Below, piece after piece: positions 34,295 through 48,550 of a DNA stretch of 64,000 nt. Numbering within the stretch: position 1 is the stretch's first letter; every line of letters starts with the position of its first letter. This stretch comes from Eledone cirrhosa (lineage: Eukaryota). Under the pieces are notes generated by a model. It worked only from the letters and a program-made list of their open reading frames with translations, had not been told where the DNA came from and ran no database searches. The stretch spans positions 159,030,001 to 159,094,000 of the forward strand of contig OZ024742.1 of NCBI GenBank assembly GCA_964016885.1, written 5' to 3'. A program made the translations under genes and the position numbers.

Positions 34295-35671
34295 ATGTGA
34301 GTGTGTGCATGTGTTTGAGTTTGTATTAGTATGTATGAATGTGTGTGTGTGTGTGTTTGTATGTACGAATGTGAGTGTGTGAGTGTGTATGTGTGAGTGT
34401 GTGTGTGAGGATGTGTGTGAGGATGTGTGTATGCGAGTGTGTTTGTGAGGATGTGTGTGTATGTGAGTGTTTGTGAGAATGTGTGTGTGTGTATGTGAGG
34501 GTGTGAGTGAGTGTGTGTGAGTGTGTGTGCATGTGAATTGGTATGACCATTTAAATTAGTATGTACATATGTATGTGTCAGTGGACATGTGTAACTATGT
34601 TCAGGACAGTCAGTGTGTGTCTGTTTCTGTCTGAATGTGTGTGTGAGAGAGAGAAGGCGTATGTGTGGTGTATGAGGTGTGTGTGTGTGAGAGAGAGAGA
34701 AAGTGTGGTGTGTGTGAGAGACAGAGAGAGAGAAAGTGTGTGTGATGTGTCTGTAAGAGAGAGAGAGAGAAAGTGTGTGCATGTGTGAAAGAGAGAGAGA
34801 AAGAGTGTATGTATGTCTGTGTAAGAGAGAGAAAGTGTGTGTGTGTGTGTGTGTATGTCTGTGTAAGAGAGAGAAAGTGTGTGTGTGTGTGAGAGAGAGA
34901 GAAAGAGAGTGTGTGTGTGTGTTGGAGAGATAGTGTGTGTGTGTGTGTGGTTTGCGTGTGTGTGGTATGTGCATGTGTGAGAGAGAAAGAGTATGAGATA
35001 GAGAGAGTGTGTGTGTGAGAGATAGTGTGCAAATGTGTGGTGTGTGCGTGTGTGAGAGATAGAGTGTGAGTGGTGTGAGTGGTGTGTGCGAGGTGAGTGT
35101 GCGAGGTGTGTGTGCGTATATGTCTCAGCGAAAGAGAGTAGGTGTGCACGTTGGTGAGGAAACCAGGATGTGAGGTGTGGTTTTCCGTGTGCATATCTAT
35201 ATCAGTACATACATGTATGAGTGCATGTGTGAAGCTGTGTGTGTGTGTGTGTGTCTGTGTGTGTGCCTGTGTGAAGGTGTCTGTGTGTGTGTCTGTATGT
35301 ACACTAAATAACTCTAAGTGCATATATGCATGATTTTGTATCTGTATGTGCGATATCAGAGGGAAAGTGTGTAACTGCGTGCGTATTAGTGTGACAGTGT
35401 GATTGTGTGTGTGTACATGAGTGTATGTGTGTGTGTGTGCATGCATATGTAGATGTATAGTGTGTGGTATCTGGCATGTAACTGTGTATGAGTGTGTGGT
35501 GTGTATATAAGTGTGTGTGTATGAGTCTATAGGAATGTGTGTGCATGCATGTGAAGGTATGTGTATAGTGTGTGGTGTCTAACATGTGACTGTGTGTGTG
35601 TGTATGTGTATGAGTGTGTGTATGAGTGTGTGTGTGTGTGTCTATAGAAATGCGTGTGCATGCATATGTAG

Positions 35672-35725
<54 letters not shown>

Positions 35726-35750
35726 ATGCGCGTGTGTGTGCGTGTGTGCA
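34295..35750. repeat. Degenerate (TG)n/(GA)n low-complexity tract
   Basis: Direct reading; followed by (AAT)n/(GAT)n/(GGT)n at 35843-36121. Confidence 0.9.
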
Positions 35751-36547
35751 AGAGGCAAAGGAGCAGTATCATAAATCTATTTCTCACTAAAAGAGAAAAA
35801 AATGGAATGTATATGTTGTGTTATAATGGAAATAGAGTAGGAGATAATAATAATAGTAAAAATAATAGTAATAATAGTAAAAATAATAATAATGGTAGTA
35901 GCAATAATAATAATGGTAGTAGCAACAATAATAACGGTGATAGCAACAACAGTAATGATGATGATGATGATGGTGATGTTGATGACAACAAAAAGGATGG
36001 TGGTGCTGCTGGTGATGTTAATGATGATGATGATGTTGATGTTGATGTCAAACACCAGTGGTAGTCGTGGTGGTGGTGGTGGTGACACTGATGATGACCA
36101 TGATGGTGACGACGATGATGAGATTAAGAAGTGAGAGTCTTGTTAGGATTTCAACTTTGCCTCGACACTGCAACAGCTTCCTGTTGGGGGTCAGGAAACC
36201 TGATAGAGAGGACGAGGATGGGGGAGGGGGACTGGATATAAAGCAGCAACACATTTCTCTTCCTTTCTCTTTTCTATGTTATCTTTTGTATATTATCTTC
36301 TTTTTCGTGTGTTTGTGTATGTACGTATTCTTTTTCTTTTTTCTCCATGTTTTTGATTTTGGTTTCGGCTTTTTTATGAATTCTGAATGATGATGGGAAC
36401 TGCAAATAAAAAATATACTCATGTCAGATGAAAGAAACATTTCTAGTGTGTATATACATATAAAGAGACAGACACACAATACATATAGATATATAATACA
36501 CACACACACACACAACTAAAACCAAAAGTACTTATGTATATCATCAG

Positions 36548-37900
36548 TCAGCATCATTTTTACATCTGCTATTCCATGCTTGCATGGGTTGGATGGGTCC
36601 TTTTCAGCACAGCATCTCTCCACTCATCATGATCCTTTGTCAGCTCTACTGTAAGCTTCAGCGATCTGAGATCTGCTTTTATGACTTCCACCCAGGTTAT
36701 CCTCTACTATGACTTCCTTCCACTGGGATTTCTTGGCAATTCTTCACCATCCATGCACATCATATGTCCATATCAGTGAAGTTTTTTCTCCTACACACAA
36801 TATTTGGTTCCTCTCATACTCAGTTTTTCTCTCAGTTTATTCATGCTTTGTCATCCATCAAAGCATGCTCTCTTCATATTTCTCCAACCTTTGCATATCT
36901 TCTGTAATCACTGCTCACATTTCACTATCATGTAGCATTGCACATCACACACAGACATCATACAGCCGACTTTCATTTGTAAAAAGAAACTTTTGTTGTC
37001 AACAGGGATAATAGCTCTCTAAACTTCTTCCATCCCATTCTTCTAGCTACTATGCCCCTGGAGCACCATCGTCCATTGATAATTTAGATGCCTAGATAGA
37101 AGCAGCTATCAACCACTTCTATGGATCCTTTCTGGGATTTGAAAAGGTTTATATCATTGGCACTCTTATCAATTGACCCAGAACATCTACTACACACAGA
37201 GTCTTCCTTTCCTGTTAGTCTGCCTGCTCTCCCGTTACACCTTTTGTATACCCAAGATTTGCATTGTGTACATAGTATAGAATTTCTACTCTTTCTTTGT
37301 ATATTGAGCAAAGACATTTCCCTGATGGGATCAGGACTTTATCTTATTAATACTTTGGTTTTTGCTAAGTTTACTCAGTCCTTTTGAGTCTGTTTCCAAA
37401 GTCCAAATTTGTTCTCTATATCTTCCACAGATTCAGTTAAAAGAACCAGATCATCAGCATATAGAAGTTCCCATAGACAACCTACCTTAAACTCCTCTGT
37501 TATGGTATGAACAACTATAAAAACCAGAAGTGGGCTGAAAACCAAGCCCTGCCTGTACCTTAAATTCCTTGCTAAACTCATTTCCTACTGTCACTTTACT
37601 AAGTTCCTCTGCACATGGCTTGCAGTTCTCACAAGCCATTCTTCTGTCCCTAGTTTCCTTAAAGGCTATCAGATGGCAGATCAGGGTACTTTGTCAAAGG
37701 CCTCCTCTAGATCAACAAAATCTAGATAGAGAGGCTTATTCTTAGCTAAGACCTCCTCTTGTAGTTATCTTACTAAAAAGAGGACATCTGTAGTACTCCT
37801 CCATATATCTTATCTCCCTAATTAGTTGTCCTAGAACTCTTTGTGTCACTTTCATAACTTGATCCATTAGTTCTATGCCTCTGTAGTTGCTCCTTTCTAG
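36548..37900 (-). mobile_element. Decayed RTE-clade LINE (RT, PHD-like finger, 3' end)
   Basis: FKVGCLWELLYADDLVL; SILCTQCKSWVYKRC..VCSRC; GAT-like tail. Confidence 0.85.
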
Positions 37901-37919
37901 CTGTATGTATTCTAGTTAT

Positions 37920-38490
37920 AACTATTAACCAGAATCTTGCTATTTTCTGAGCTAATCTCCATTCCATATGCTCCTGATACATTTTCCAGTCTGGTAGTGA
38001 GTCACTGGACTTCTACTTCCCTGCTTCCTAACAGGTAAATATCATCAGAAAATCACAGGTTGTAAATGGGCTGTCCTCCAATGGACACAGAGGTGTGGAA
38101 GACTTGGAGTGTCTCCTACATGATGTTTTCCAGGAAGATGTTGAAAAGCACTACAGAGATGAGACATCCTTGTCGAACTCCCACTGTTGTCCTGAATAAT
38201 TCTCTGATATTGTTATTCAGGAGAATTGCACTGTTTCAATTTTCATGGATTACTTGAATGACGTTGTTGAAGTAGTAATCCTTCATAACCTGCTACAAAC
38301 CCTCGTGCAAAACATGATCAAAAACTTTTTTGAAGAAGGTCAGATTGGAGCTGCAAATGTTTCTAGGTTAGCAATCTGATGTTAAATATCTGCTCTACCT
38401 TGAATCTTGCCTGTTGCTCTGCCAGGATTTCAACAGCCTTTCCATTAAGTCTGTTTCTAAGAACTATTAGCAGTATTTCACATTTGGGAG
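37920..38490 (-). mobile_element. RT fragment of a different RTE/BovB-like LINE
   Basis: Minus frame near 38120-38195 reads FRTTVGVRQGCLISVVLFNIFLENIM. Confidence 0.65.
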
Positions 38491-40283
38491 GACAATTTAC
38501 TTGCCACAATTTGAATAAATGGTTCAGTTTAATATTTCTAGAACCTTACCAAATATAATTTCAAGAACGTTACCAAACCTTATAATGTTAGAAAGTACAA
38601 TCGATAAAAGGTTCTGATTAAAATAAGCATGATAAGGACAATAGTCCATCTATATCAGTTTATCATTATCCTCATGATCATTTAATGTCCATTTTCCCTG
38701 GTAGCAAGGGTTTAACAGGTCATCACATACCAAGTCAGTACTCAAACAGAGTTACTGACCTCTTAGATAGGCAAGAACCTGCATTTTCTTTACATCTCAC
38801 ATTTTGTCATGGTACAAGCATTAGGGAATGAGTCAGGGTGTATTTATCAGATAGAACAATGACACAAGGGTGATTCTTGCATCACTGACTCAGCTAAAGA
38901 GTGCTTCTAACCCTTTGTTTCACAGGTTTTCTATGGCTGGATGCCCTTCTATCACAATTCATTTTACAGGTGTACTGGGTGTATTCATGAGTTGTAGTGC
39001 ACCTGAACACTGTACACAATTTTCATTGTTATCACCAACACTAGAGAGGTTGTCATGTTTTTAACACATCTAAAGAGTCCTCCTGATTCTCTGTTTGGCA
39101 GTATTCTTCAGCTGGACACTCTCCTATCACCACCCACTTTACAGAGTGTACTAATGATAACCTTCAGCTAAAGAATTTGGAGAAAATTTAGAGAGAAAAG
39201 TGTGCCACAAAGGATCAGAACAAACAGAAAATTCTAGTAAAGCTGAGGCATAGGCAGCTATTTTGATTGGCAGTAAATAGAAACAGAACAGTGATAGGTA
39301 AGAGCAGACAGATGGTGACATTAAAGGTCAGTTAATTTGGAAGAGATAATTAAAGTTATCACTGCAAGTGTATAAAGTTTCTGGACATAACTGACAAAAT
39401 CTGAAAGTTGGAGATGGGGGAGATCAAATAGATTAGCGGGACCTGTTAGAAATTAGCTAATGGACAGCAGCTGCCATTTTAAAAAGACAAAGATAAGCAG
39501 TCAGTTTAAGCCTACACTAGTTATTATAAACAAATGGGTCAAGCCACTAGTGGTCATTATTAAAAGAGTCAGTTGTTGCACTATAAAGATTGCAAAAGAT
39601 GATATAACAGAACAGAAAGAGGCAATCTTCTTTAATGGCTGCTGTCAAGAATTAATAATGCTAAAATAAAGTGTTAGCAAATGTCATACTTACTTATTAT
39701 GACAGCCAACACAATTAAAATGACCATTCCAATTATAATTTTTGTCTGGAAAGAAGAAAAGAAGAGAAATTAAACATTAAGTAATAATAAACAGTGCTGC
39801 ATTCTTAGGGCAAGTCTTGCGTCAACTTAAATGCTGGCTGTTTTACAGCAAAATGTGATAATAAATTTATATTTCTTTTTGTTTTAATCAGTCAATGGTG
39901 TCAACATTTCTAGCATGATTTCAAGTTAGAAAAATTGGAAAAAAAATATTCAGTTTATTCATTAAGACTAAAAAATAAGAAATACTTCACTTTGAAACAT
40001 CTGATGACTTTTTAGAAATTGAACTTCATACAACAAATTTCAATTAAATTATATATTTCCAATGAACAAAGAATAAAAAATTTCTTAATGATTTCTAATT
40101 TTGGCAGTAAGGGGAAGGAGGAAGGAAAAGCAGATTCTACACCCCAATCTAAGCGCTACATGTCAGCTGTGCCTATGGGCAAAATGGAGAACAGCCAGTG
40201 ACACCCACTGCATCAGCCAAGGAATAAAATATCACCAACATCCACCAATATCTTAAGATCATTGTTTTGTATCAAGTCAGTTT

Positions 40284-40527
40284 TAACCCTTTCATTACCA
40301 TATTTCTAATGAGAGATACTGCCTATGATTTTAAAATAATTTTGAAAATAATCAAGAATTTTGAAGGATATAGTAAAATAACTAACTTCCTCATAATTAA
40401 GTTGATGTTTGCAACATAATTTAACAAAGTTATGATGAAATTATGATGGAAATATGAACACTTTAAAATAAAAAAATTAGTATTGTAAAACCAAGGAGTA
40501 GGGTTCAACTTGTTTGGTATTAACAGG
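40284..40527. mobile_element. Old DNA-transposon/MITE remnant starting TTAA|CCCTTT (piggyBac-like end)
   Basis: ttaaccctttcattaccatatttct; related copies at ~50750-50920 and ~50925-51105; similar ends at 30834 and 30957. Confidence 0.45.
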
Positions 40528-40629
40528 GATACGTTTCTAAGCATGTGTAATGTGTTCAGGAATCATTCTAAACACAAACAATTCCTAAACACATTAGAGT
40601 TTATATTTAAACCAACTCCTAAACACTGC

Positions 40630-40833
40630 CATTGTGCCACCTCAGAAGCTGTGTCCCCCACTAGTGCTCTGGAATCCACAAGCAGCCACTAATAACAGGG
40701 GGCTCAAGCTCTCCTATCTTAATGTCATCTCCAGAGATTCTGGTATTGAAATCCAGGACTTGGCAACGGCAATGAACGACAGACCCACATGGAGATCAAT
40801 TGTTGAGTCGATTTCAGATGAGGCCAGATGATG
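40630..40833 (+). mobile_element. 3' end of an RTE-like LINE
   Basis: ..LSYLNVISRDSG..DLATAMNDRPTWRSIV..* followed by GATGATG. Confidence 0.55.
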
Positions 40834-41954
40834 TTTAAAATTATTTTTAAACACTTTACAGTTTATGTTTAAACCAATTCCAAAACACTACAATTTAAAT
40901 TTAGACAAATTCTCAACTGCCAAACAAAGGATTGGAAGGACCCTTCAGCTGTGTCAAAGACATGACAACCTCTCCTGTGTACTCGGTAGAACATAAGACT
41001 GTATGTAAGTGAGATACAGATCCCTGACCAGTAGGGAAGATCAGTAGCCCCACTTCAGTACTGACTTAATCTAAGACCCATCCATCCAACTCTTGCTAGC
41101 AGGGAAAGTAGACGTTAAAAGGAGAAGGAGGATATTCACCCTAAAATGATGTTATCCCACATTGCAACTTCTACATTATAAATCTAACAAAGCATTTTTT
41201 TATTTTTGTAGATAAGCTGAATTTAAATATGATAAATTACTAATGATGTGCATAAATCCTCATTTCAAGATGTTTATAGCAGTGCTGATAATTATTTAAA
41301 AAATGTAATATTCCAAATACTAATAAATTTTGTTATTTACTTCCATATATGAGATTCAATGACATATCATATATTTATATATATACATACATACATACAT
41401 AATCACCACCAACATAGCCACCACCATAACAACCACCACCATCACAACCACCACCACCAACACAGCCACCACCATCATAACCACAACCACCACCATTTTA
41501 TGTATATTTTCCATGATGGAGATTTCCTTTCTGGTATCTGTTTATTTGTTTTTTTATAACAGCTACCAGGAAGGAAATCTTTGATTTCTGCAAAGTCCCA
41601 CCCATGGAGCCACACACACACACTCACACTCCTTGATGATGGATGGTAAATCCGAAAAATTTGGGGACTAATAAATTGCTAAGGTAATTCAGTCATTCTC
41701 TCTTTTCTTTTATTTTATTTTCCTTCTCCCACGTTTTGCTTTCTACATCTTTCTCAATTCCCTTCTGATAGTAACTTAATGTAATGTCCTTTTATAAAAC
41801 TATATTGAAAGATTTTAATTTAAATTGGAAACCTTTAAAATAGGTACTTTTATTACATAGAACCAGAGCCAGTTTTGGCCATTGGTAATTAAAAGGATGT
41901 GGTGGTTAAAGTAATGAAGTTGATAATAACTGTTAGGGAGTGCTAGTGGAAGGG

Positions 41955-43700
41955 GTGGGTAGGTCAAGTCACATTGTATGCTGCAGATCAAGTCTTCGTC
42001 AGCACTGCATAGTGCCAGCCCTTGAAGTCTTTAATCATTTCTGTTGTAAGGTCTGGCTTTTTAAGGTCAGTCTTTACAATCTCATCCCATGCCCTCCTGG
42101 CTCTGCCTCTTCCACTGGTCCCAGCATTTCTTTATGCAGCTATCTTCCATGTGCATCACATGGCCATACCAACACAGTCTTCTCTCTTACACACTACAAC
42201 CAATTCCTCTTATGCCAAGCTTTTCCCTCAGTTTGCTTATGCTATGTCGCCCATGCACACTAACATTACACATCCATCAGAGCATACTCAACTCATTTCT
42301 TTCTAGCCTCTGCTGGTCTTCTGCAGTCAAGGCCCAAGACGGTTCACACACAGTCATCATACAGTCTACCCTTTCTCTCTGAGAGAAAAGCATTTCGTTG
42401 TTAGCAGTGGTAATAGATCTCTAAACTTCTTCCAGCTTGTTCTTGTCGTAGCTATCACACTTTCAGTGCATCCTCCCCAACTACTAATTTGATCGCCTAG
42501 GTAGTAAAAGCTATTCACAACTTTTAGAGAGCTCCCCTCGCAGCTGATGGAATCTATTTCACGTGTGTTCTTTGTGCTAACTTACCCTGTGCATCTGCTG
42601 CATATAAAGCCTATCTTTTCCATTAGCCTACTTACAATCCCACTACATCTCCTGTGCATCCATACTTTACATTGTGTGCACCTTATGGAAATTCTACCTA
42701 CCCCTTTCAGACATATCAAGCATGACCACTTTCCTATCTTTTTCCTACTTATTAAGACTTTCGTCTTTGCTAAATTTCCTTTTAGGCCTTTCAGCTCTAG
42801 GTTTATCTTCCATGCTTGAAATTTTGCTTCTAACTTTCCTATGGACTCAGCTATGAAGACGAGGTTGTCAGCATAAAGGAGCTTCCATGGAATGCCAGTT
42901 TTCAACTCCTCCATGATAGCCTAAAGTACAATGATAAATAGGAATGGACTGAGGACTGATCCTGGTAGACACCCACCTGCACCTCAAATTCATGACTGTA
43001 CTCATTGCCAACTCTCACTTTGCTGGCTGTTCCTCTATACATGGCCTGCATATCCCTCACAAACCATTTGTCCACACCTAGCTTCATAAGTGCTCACTAG
43101 ATTATAGGGCGCAGGACCCTATCAAAGGTTTTTTCTAGATCTACAAATGCTAGGTAGTGTGGCTTACTCTTAGCTCAGTACCTTTCCTGTAATTGTCTCA
43201 CCAGAAAGATGGCACCGGTAGCACCACTCCCTGGCATAAATCCAAACTGCATCTCACCTAACTTAATTCTATCCACAATTAGTTGTACTATAATCCTTTC
43301 AGCAACTTTCATGACCTGGTCCATTAGCTGGATGCGGCTATAGTTACTTCTCTCTAATGCATCTCCCTTGCCTTTGTAGCAATTTACAATGATTCTGATG
43401 TGCCAATCATTGGTTATGACACCATCCTGTACTACTTGATTAAGTATACATGTAACTAGCTGATATTCTACCATATCATATGCTTTTAGCATCTCAGTGA
43501 CTATGACTATACCCACTAACAGGCATGTCCAGCTGCTTTTCCTACCTTCATGACCTTAATTGCTTTATCTATCATACTGCTGTCAACTTTTATGGCTGGT
43601 CCCATTCATTTTCCTCATTCACCAGTCTCTCATGTCTTCTATGCCTCTTTCTTTTTGTCATCAGACAGAGCTAGTGCTCTGCTATCATTTCAAGCACACT
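41955..43700 (-). mobile_element. Decayed RTE-clade LINE
   Basis: YKGKGDALERSNY..MQFGFMPG; LLYADN; WSCLICLKGVG..CTQCKVWMHRRC..ICSRC. Confidence 0.88.
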
Positions 43701-44883
43701 TTTTTTCAAAATACTGTATAAATTATTCTAAATTGACAGAAGCTTTAAAATAAAGTAATTTTTACTATGAGTGTTACAAAATTGAACTTCACTTATTTTA
43801 ATATTAGATTGGTTTATTGAAAAACTGTATAACTCAAGAATATTGTGAGCTATGATAGTAAATTTATTTAGAAAATGTGTATACACATTAAAATAAACAA
43901 ATATTGTTTTCTAATGCTAAGTGTGTGTATATAAGTAAAAAAATATATATAGAGAGCTGGAGAGAGAGAGAGAATAATAAAATTCTCAGGATTATAGAAT
44001 TTCTTATCTATTTTAAACTTTTATTCAACTTCTTTTTTAATCAAAGAAAATTTTGAAGTCTTTCAATTTGAAATGTTTGTTTAAAATAAACATACTTCAG
44101 ATATGTTACAATTTTACTTCTAAATAATTTTTTTAAATATTATCTCAACAATGTGTTTATAGATTTCAACTATGTTTTGTTAGACTACAATTCAGAAATT
44201 TATAAATGAATTTGTAAAAAAAAAATTAATAAATACATCCAGAATTCTTTTTTTATTTATTTAAACAAATTCATAGAGTTTGATTCATTTGTCACAAGAA
44301 TTAACCCCATTTTTATTTGATTAAAAAAATTCTGTAAAATGGTTGCCAAAATTGGAACATACAAGCAAGGTGTGGTTGAAAGAAGCGTAGTGATAAATGG
44401 AGGGTATACTTTTATTCATGGTACCAGCCCTACCACTTTACAGGGTGAACTGTGCACTTTTAATTGTGACACAAGAATTACCACTTTTCAAGGCGGACTC
44501 CGTGCTTTTTATCATGGCACTACTGACGTGATAAGGCGTTGGTAACTGGAGTGGTGCCAAGTGTGGCACAAGTAGGATGGAAATATGAATCAGTGACATA
44601 CTAAATGTAACCTGATGATTGCCTCTCCCTACACAAATACATGACTCCTCCCAACAGAGATTAACACAAGATAATGAAGGTCTCTACAGAGATGATTGCC
44701 TTTCCCTACACAAATATATTACTCCTAACAATAGAGATTAACAAAAGAAAATAAATGTCTATACATACCCGACAATTTTGCCACCACATTCTTTGTCGAA
44801 GGTTGACAGCTCGAGAACGAAACAGGTCTGAATTGGTCACAAGGTCATCTATGAAATACAATAATAATAATAACAACAATAAT

Positions 44884-45245
44884 AATTGTTTCTACTTTTG
44901 GCAGCAGGCCAGCAATTATCCCAGTACATTACTGGTACTTTATTTTATCGTAAGGATGAAAGGCAAAGTTAACCTCGGCGGGATTTGAACTCAGATCATA
45001 AAGGGAGGTAACTCTATGCTTCAAAGCATGGCGTCCGACCCTCTACCGATACTGCCAATCCAACAACAATAATAATGGCTTCTAATTTAGGTGCAAGGCC
45101 TGAAATTTGAGGGGAGGAGATGTTGATTATATCGGTTCCAGTACTTGAAGGATACTGACCCCTGAAAACAAAGCTGACATTAGTAGAATTTGAACTTACC
45201 ACTTAAAGAAGGCATAACTAAATATTATAATGATTCCACCACCCT
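44884..45245 (-). mobile_element. SINE family 1 (44884-45062) and an older relative (45078-45245)
   Basis: Reverse-complement head, core and tail. Confidence 0.8.
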
Positions 45246-45649
45246 ACCATAATAATAGAGTGAAAATTAAAACAGAAATAGCTACCATGAAGATTGCTAT
45301 GTCAATCAGAACATTTTCAAAAACATTGCTTGTGTCCTCAAAATTATATATAAATACACCACAAAATTTAGATAGAAGAACTGCAGTTTAGAGGCTAGGT
45401 TATTGAACTCAAGTGACTAAGGTCATGGGTTCAATTCTCAAACTCAATGAGTATGACATTTCATCCACTTTCTTTTCCTCACCCAACCCATGCCAGCATG
45501 GAAAACTGGGCACATCCCACCACAATAGTCCACTCTTTAAGGTGGTAGCACCAATGCTCAGTTAAGATTGGGAAGAGCACAGCCTAATTTTGTCATCATG
45601 TATTCTCAAATAGTAGCTTCATAATTGTGATTATCTTCTTCTCTTCTTC

Positions 45650-46160
45650 ACCCACTTATACTCAAACACTCCCTCCAGCAGGTCCTGTCAGAAGCATGCA
45701 TCTCCAACTGATCCGACAGGATTCCCAAATGAGACCAGCCAAGTTCATGGATGTTATCCAACCATCTTGCTTGGGATCTACCCCTGGGTCTCCTGTTGGT
45801 TGATTTTGCTTATAAAATCTGTCCAGTGATTCTTTCCTGAGACATTCTAACTACATGCCCATAGTATCGTAGCTGTGATCTCTCAATTCGGGGAAGTAGT
45901 GGCTCAACCTGAAGTGACTCTCTGATCTCCGAGCTACACACTATCGAGTAACATTACTCCAAAGACCCTTCGGAGGAACCTCATTTCAGCCGTTTGTATT
46001 CGCGATCATATTCTTTCAGTCATTACCCAAGGTTCATGACCATAGGTAAAGGTTGGAACGGATACTAAATTGAAGATGGCGAGTTTGGCTTTTACACCTA
46101 CCTCCCTTCTTCTGATTACTGAATGCTGAAGCTGGTACATTACTGCACCAGCTCCTGTAA
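45650..46160 (-). mobile_element. 3' part of another RTE-group LINE
   Basis: Minus frame near 45955-46010 reads RSRIQTAEMRFLRRVFGV; downstream RPRGRS..WLD-like motif. Confidence 0.65.
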
Positions 46161-46183
46161 TTCTTAACTAATTATAATACACA

Positions 46184-46900
46184 TTTTACATGGTAGTGAG
46201 ACCTGGGCGCTGAAGGTGGAAGACTTACGTAGATTAGAGAGAAACGAAGCCTGCATGCTCTGATGTATGTGTAATAGTAATATACGCAAACGGCAAAGCA
46301 TAAATGAAGTGAGAGAGAGACTGAGCATAAGAGGAATCAAATGCTGTGTGCAGGAGAGGCGGTTGCGTTGGTATGGACATATGATGCGTATGAAGGATAA
46401 CAGCTGCATAAAAAGTTGCAGAGCACTAGAAGTCAATGGAAACCGTGAAGTGGGGAGACCCAAGAAGACCTGGGATGAGGTGATAGGGGCCAATCTTATC
46501 CAATTACACCTCTCAAAGGCGATGACACATGACCGTGACCTCTGGCGTCACGCAGTAATACAGAGTACCCAACCTCCCATGGGTACAAGCTGAAGCATAT
46601 AGACAATATGCCCCCACACCCTCCCACTGCAAAGTGGTCGTGGAGGTGCCATGGCAAAAAAGCACCCAGCCCACACTGTAAAGTGGACGTGTAGGCGCCA
46701 CGGAAAAAAAGCACCCAGCACTCACTGTAAATGAGGTTGGTGTTAGGAAGGACATCCAGCTGTAGAAATGAAGCCAAAATCAGTTCCTGTATGAGCAAGG
46801 CATGGTCAGCCGACCAGACACTGCCCACAACAGGACAACCCGTCTAACCCATGCTAGCATGGAAGAACAGACGTAAAACGGTGATGATGATGATGATGAT
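46184..46900 (+). mobile_element. RTE LINE 3' fragment (same subfamily as 55252-57645)
   Basis: LHGSETWAL..ERRLRWYGH..GRPKKTW; (GAT)n tail. Confidence 0.9.
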
Positions 46901-47049
46901 TTTCATATCACAATACATAATTACATTATAGATAATTGGCAGCTGATTGAACGGCATCAGCCAATAATGCAAGGTTGTTTAATCAACAATTGGCCAATTT
47001 GCTAATTGGTACATCCTGAATATTTGATGACTCTTTCCTTGTGACATAA

Positions 47050-48216
47050 CTGCAGAAGTACCTAGCTAAAAGTAAAGCCCTCTACTTGGCATTTGTTGAT
47101 CTGGAAAAAGCCATTCCATAATCTGGTAGGCTCTTAGAAAACTGGGAGTGGCTTGTGAATGCAGTACAAGCCATGTATAGAGGAGCAGTTAGCAAGGTTA
47201 GAATTAACAATTACAATAGTGAAAAATTTAGCATGCAGGTCGGAGTCCTCTTCTTTTTATTATCATCCTGCAGGCTATAACAGTAGAGTTTAAGATTAGC
47301 TACCCATGGGAACATATATATGCAGGTGATCTAACCCTCAAAGCTGAATCTATGGGAGAATTAGAGAAGAAATTCAAAACCTGGAAGCATGGCTAAGAAT
47401 CAAAAAGACTTAAAGTCACTTAACAAAGACTAATGTCCTAGTTTATAGAAAAGAAAACAGAGCCCAGATTCTCTCAGGGAAGTGGCCTTGCTTGGTGTGC
47501 AGGAAAGGAGTGGGTAAAAATTCAATCCTATGTCGCAAATGCAAACTATGGGTACACAAAAGATGTAGTGGGAGCTCAGGCAGGCTAGCAAAAATTATAG
47601 GTTTTGTATGTGGTCAATCCACAGGAGCAGTAAGTAGCAATAACTCAAAGGATACTAGCTCCTTTAAATGCCCAGAGGGTTCTGTAGAAGTAGTTGACAA
47701 TTTCTGTTACCTAGGTCACCCAATTAGCAGCAGAGATGGGTGTTCTGAAGTACAGTGGCCAGAGTGAGAATGGGATGAAAAAAGTTCAGGGAGCTACTAC
47801 CACTGCTAGCTACAAAAGGTTTTTTCCTCAAAATGAAAGGCAGACTGTATGAAGCTTGTGTACCACAGAGATGCTGCATGGGAGTGAAACCTGGGCAATA
47901 TATGCAGAAGAGCTACAAAGATAGGAAAGAAATGAAGCTTCCATGCTCCGAAGGATGTATAATAGTAGTGTGCATGAACACAACATCAACAAACTGGGAG
48001 AGAAACCAGGCATAAGAAGGATCAAATGCAGTGTACACGGAAGGAGATTGCAGTGATTTGTTTGGACTTGTAGTGCATATGGAGGATGGCATCTGCATAA
48101 AAAGATGCAGGGCAATCAAAATCGATGGAAACTACAGAAGTGAAAGACCTAGGAAAACTTGAGACAAAGTGATAAAAGCTGAATTTACCCAATTAAACCT
48201 CACAAAGGAGATGACA
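47050..48216 (+). mobile_element. Decayed RTE LINE fragment
   Basis: LQKYLAKSKALYLAFVDLEKA; WPCLVCRKGVG..CRKCKLWVHKRC. Confidence 0.85.
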
Positions 48217-48515
48217 CTTTTTTTATGTACTTGTGCATGTGTGGGTATGTTTATGTATGTGTGTATGTGTGTGTATATATACATATATTTATGAGTGTCT
48301 GAATTTTTTATGCATACATGTGTGTACATGTTTATGTAATTTTTATGTGTGTATGTGTTTGGGTGAGTTTATGCAGTTACTAGTCTGTGTTGTGGGTGTA
48401 CATTATTTCATGTGTGTGTGATTTATGTATCAGTGATAGGAGTATATCTGTGTGTGTGGATATCTGCATGTGGTTGAATTTTGTAAGTAGTTTTTTTGTG
48501 TGCCTGTGTGTACAC

Positions 48516-48550
<35 letters not shown>

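Noticed and set aside
36048-36199. Possible minus-strand exon after ctctctatcAG
   Set aside because: Frames end quickly or run into trinucleotide repeats; not supportable without RNA data
41563-41683. Plus-strand AG..GT-bounded exon-like segment
   Set aside because: All three frames contain a stop; could be non-coding but there is no evidence
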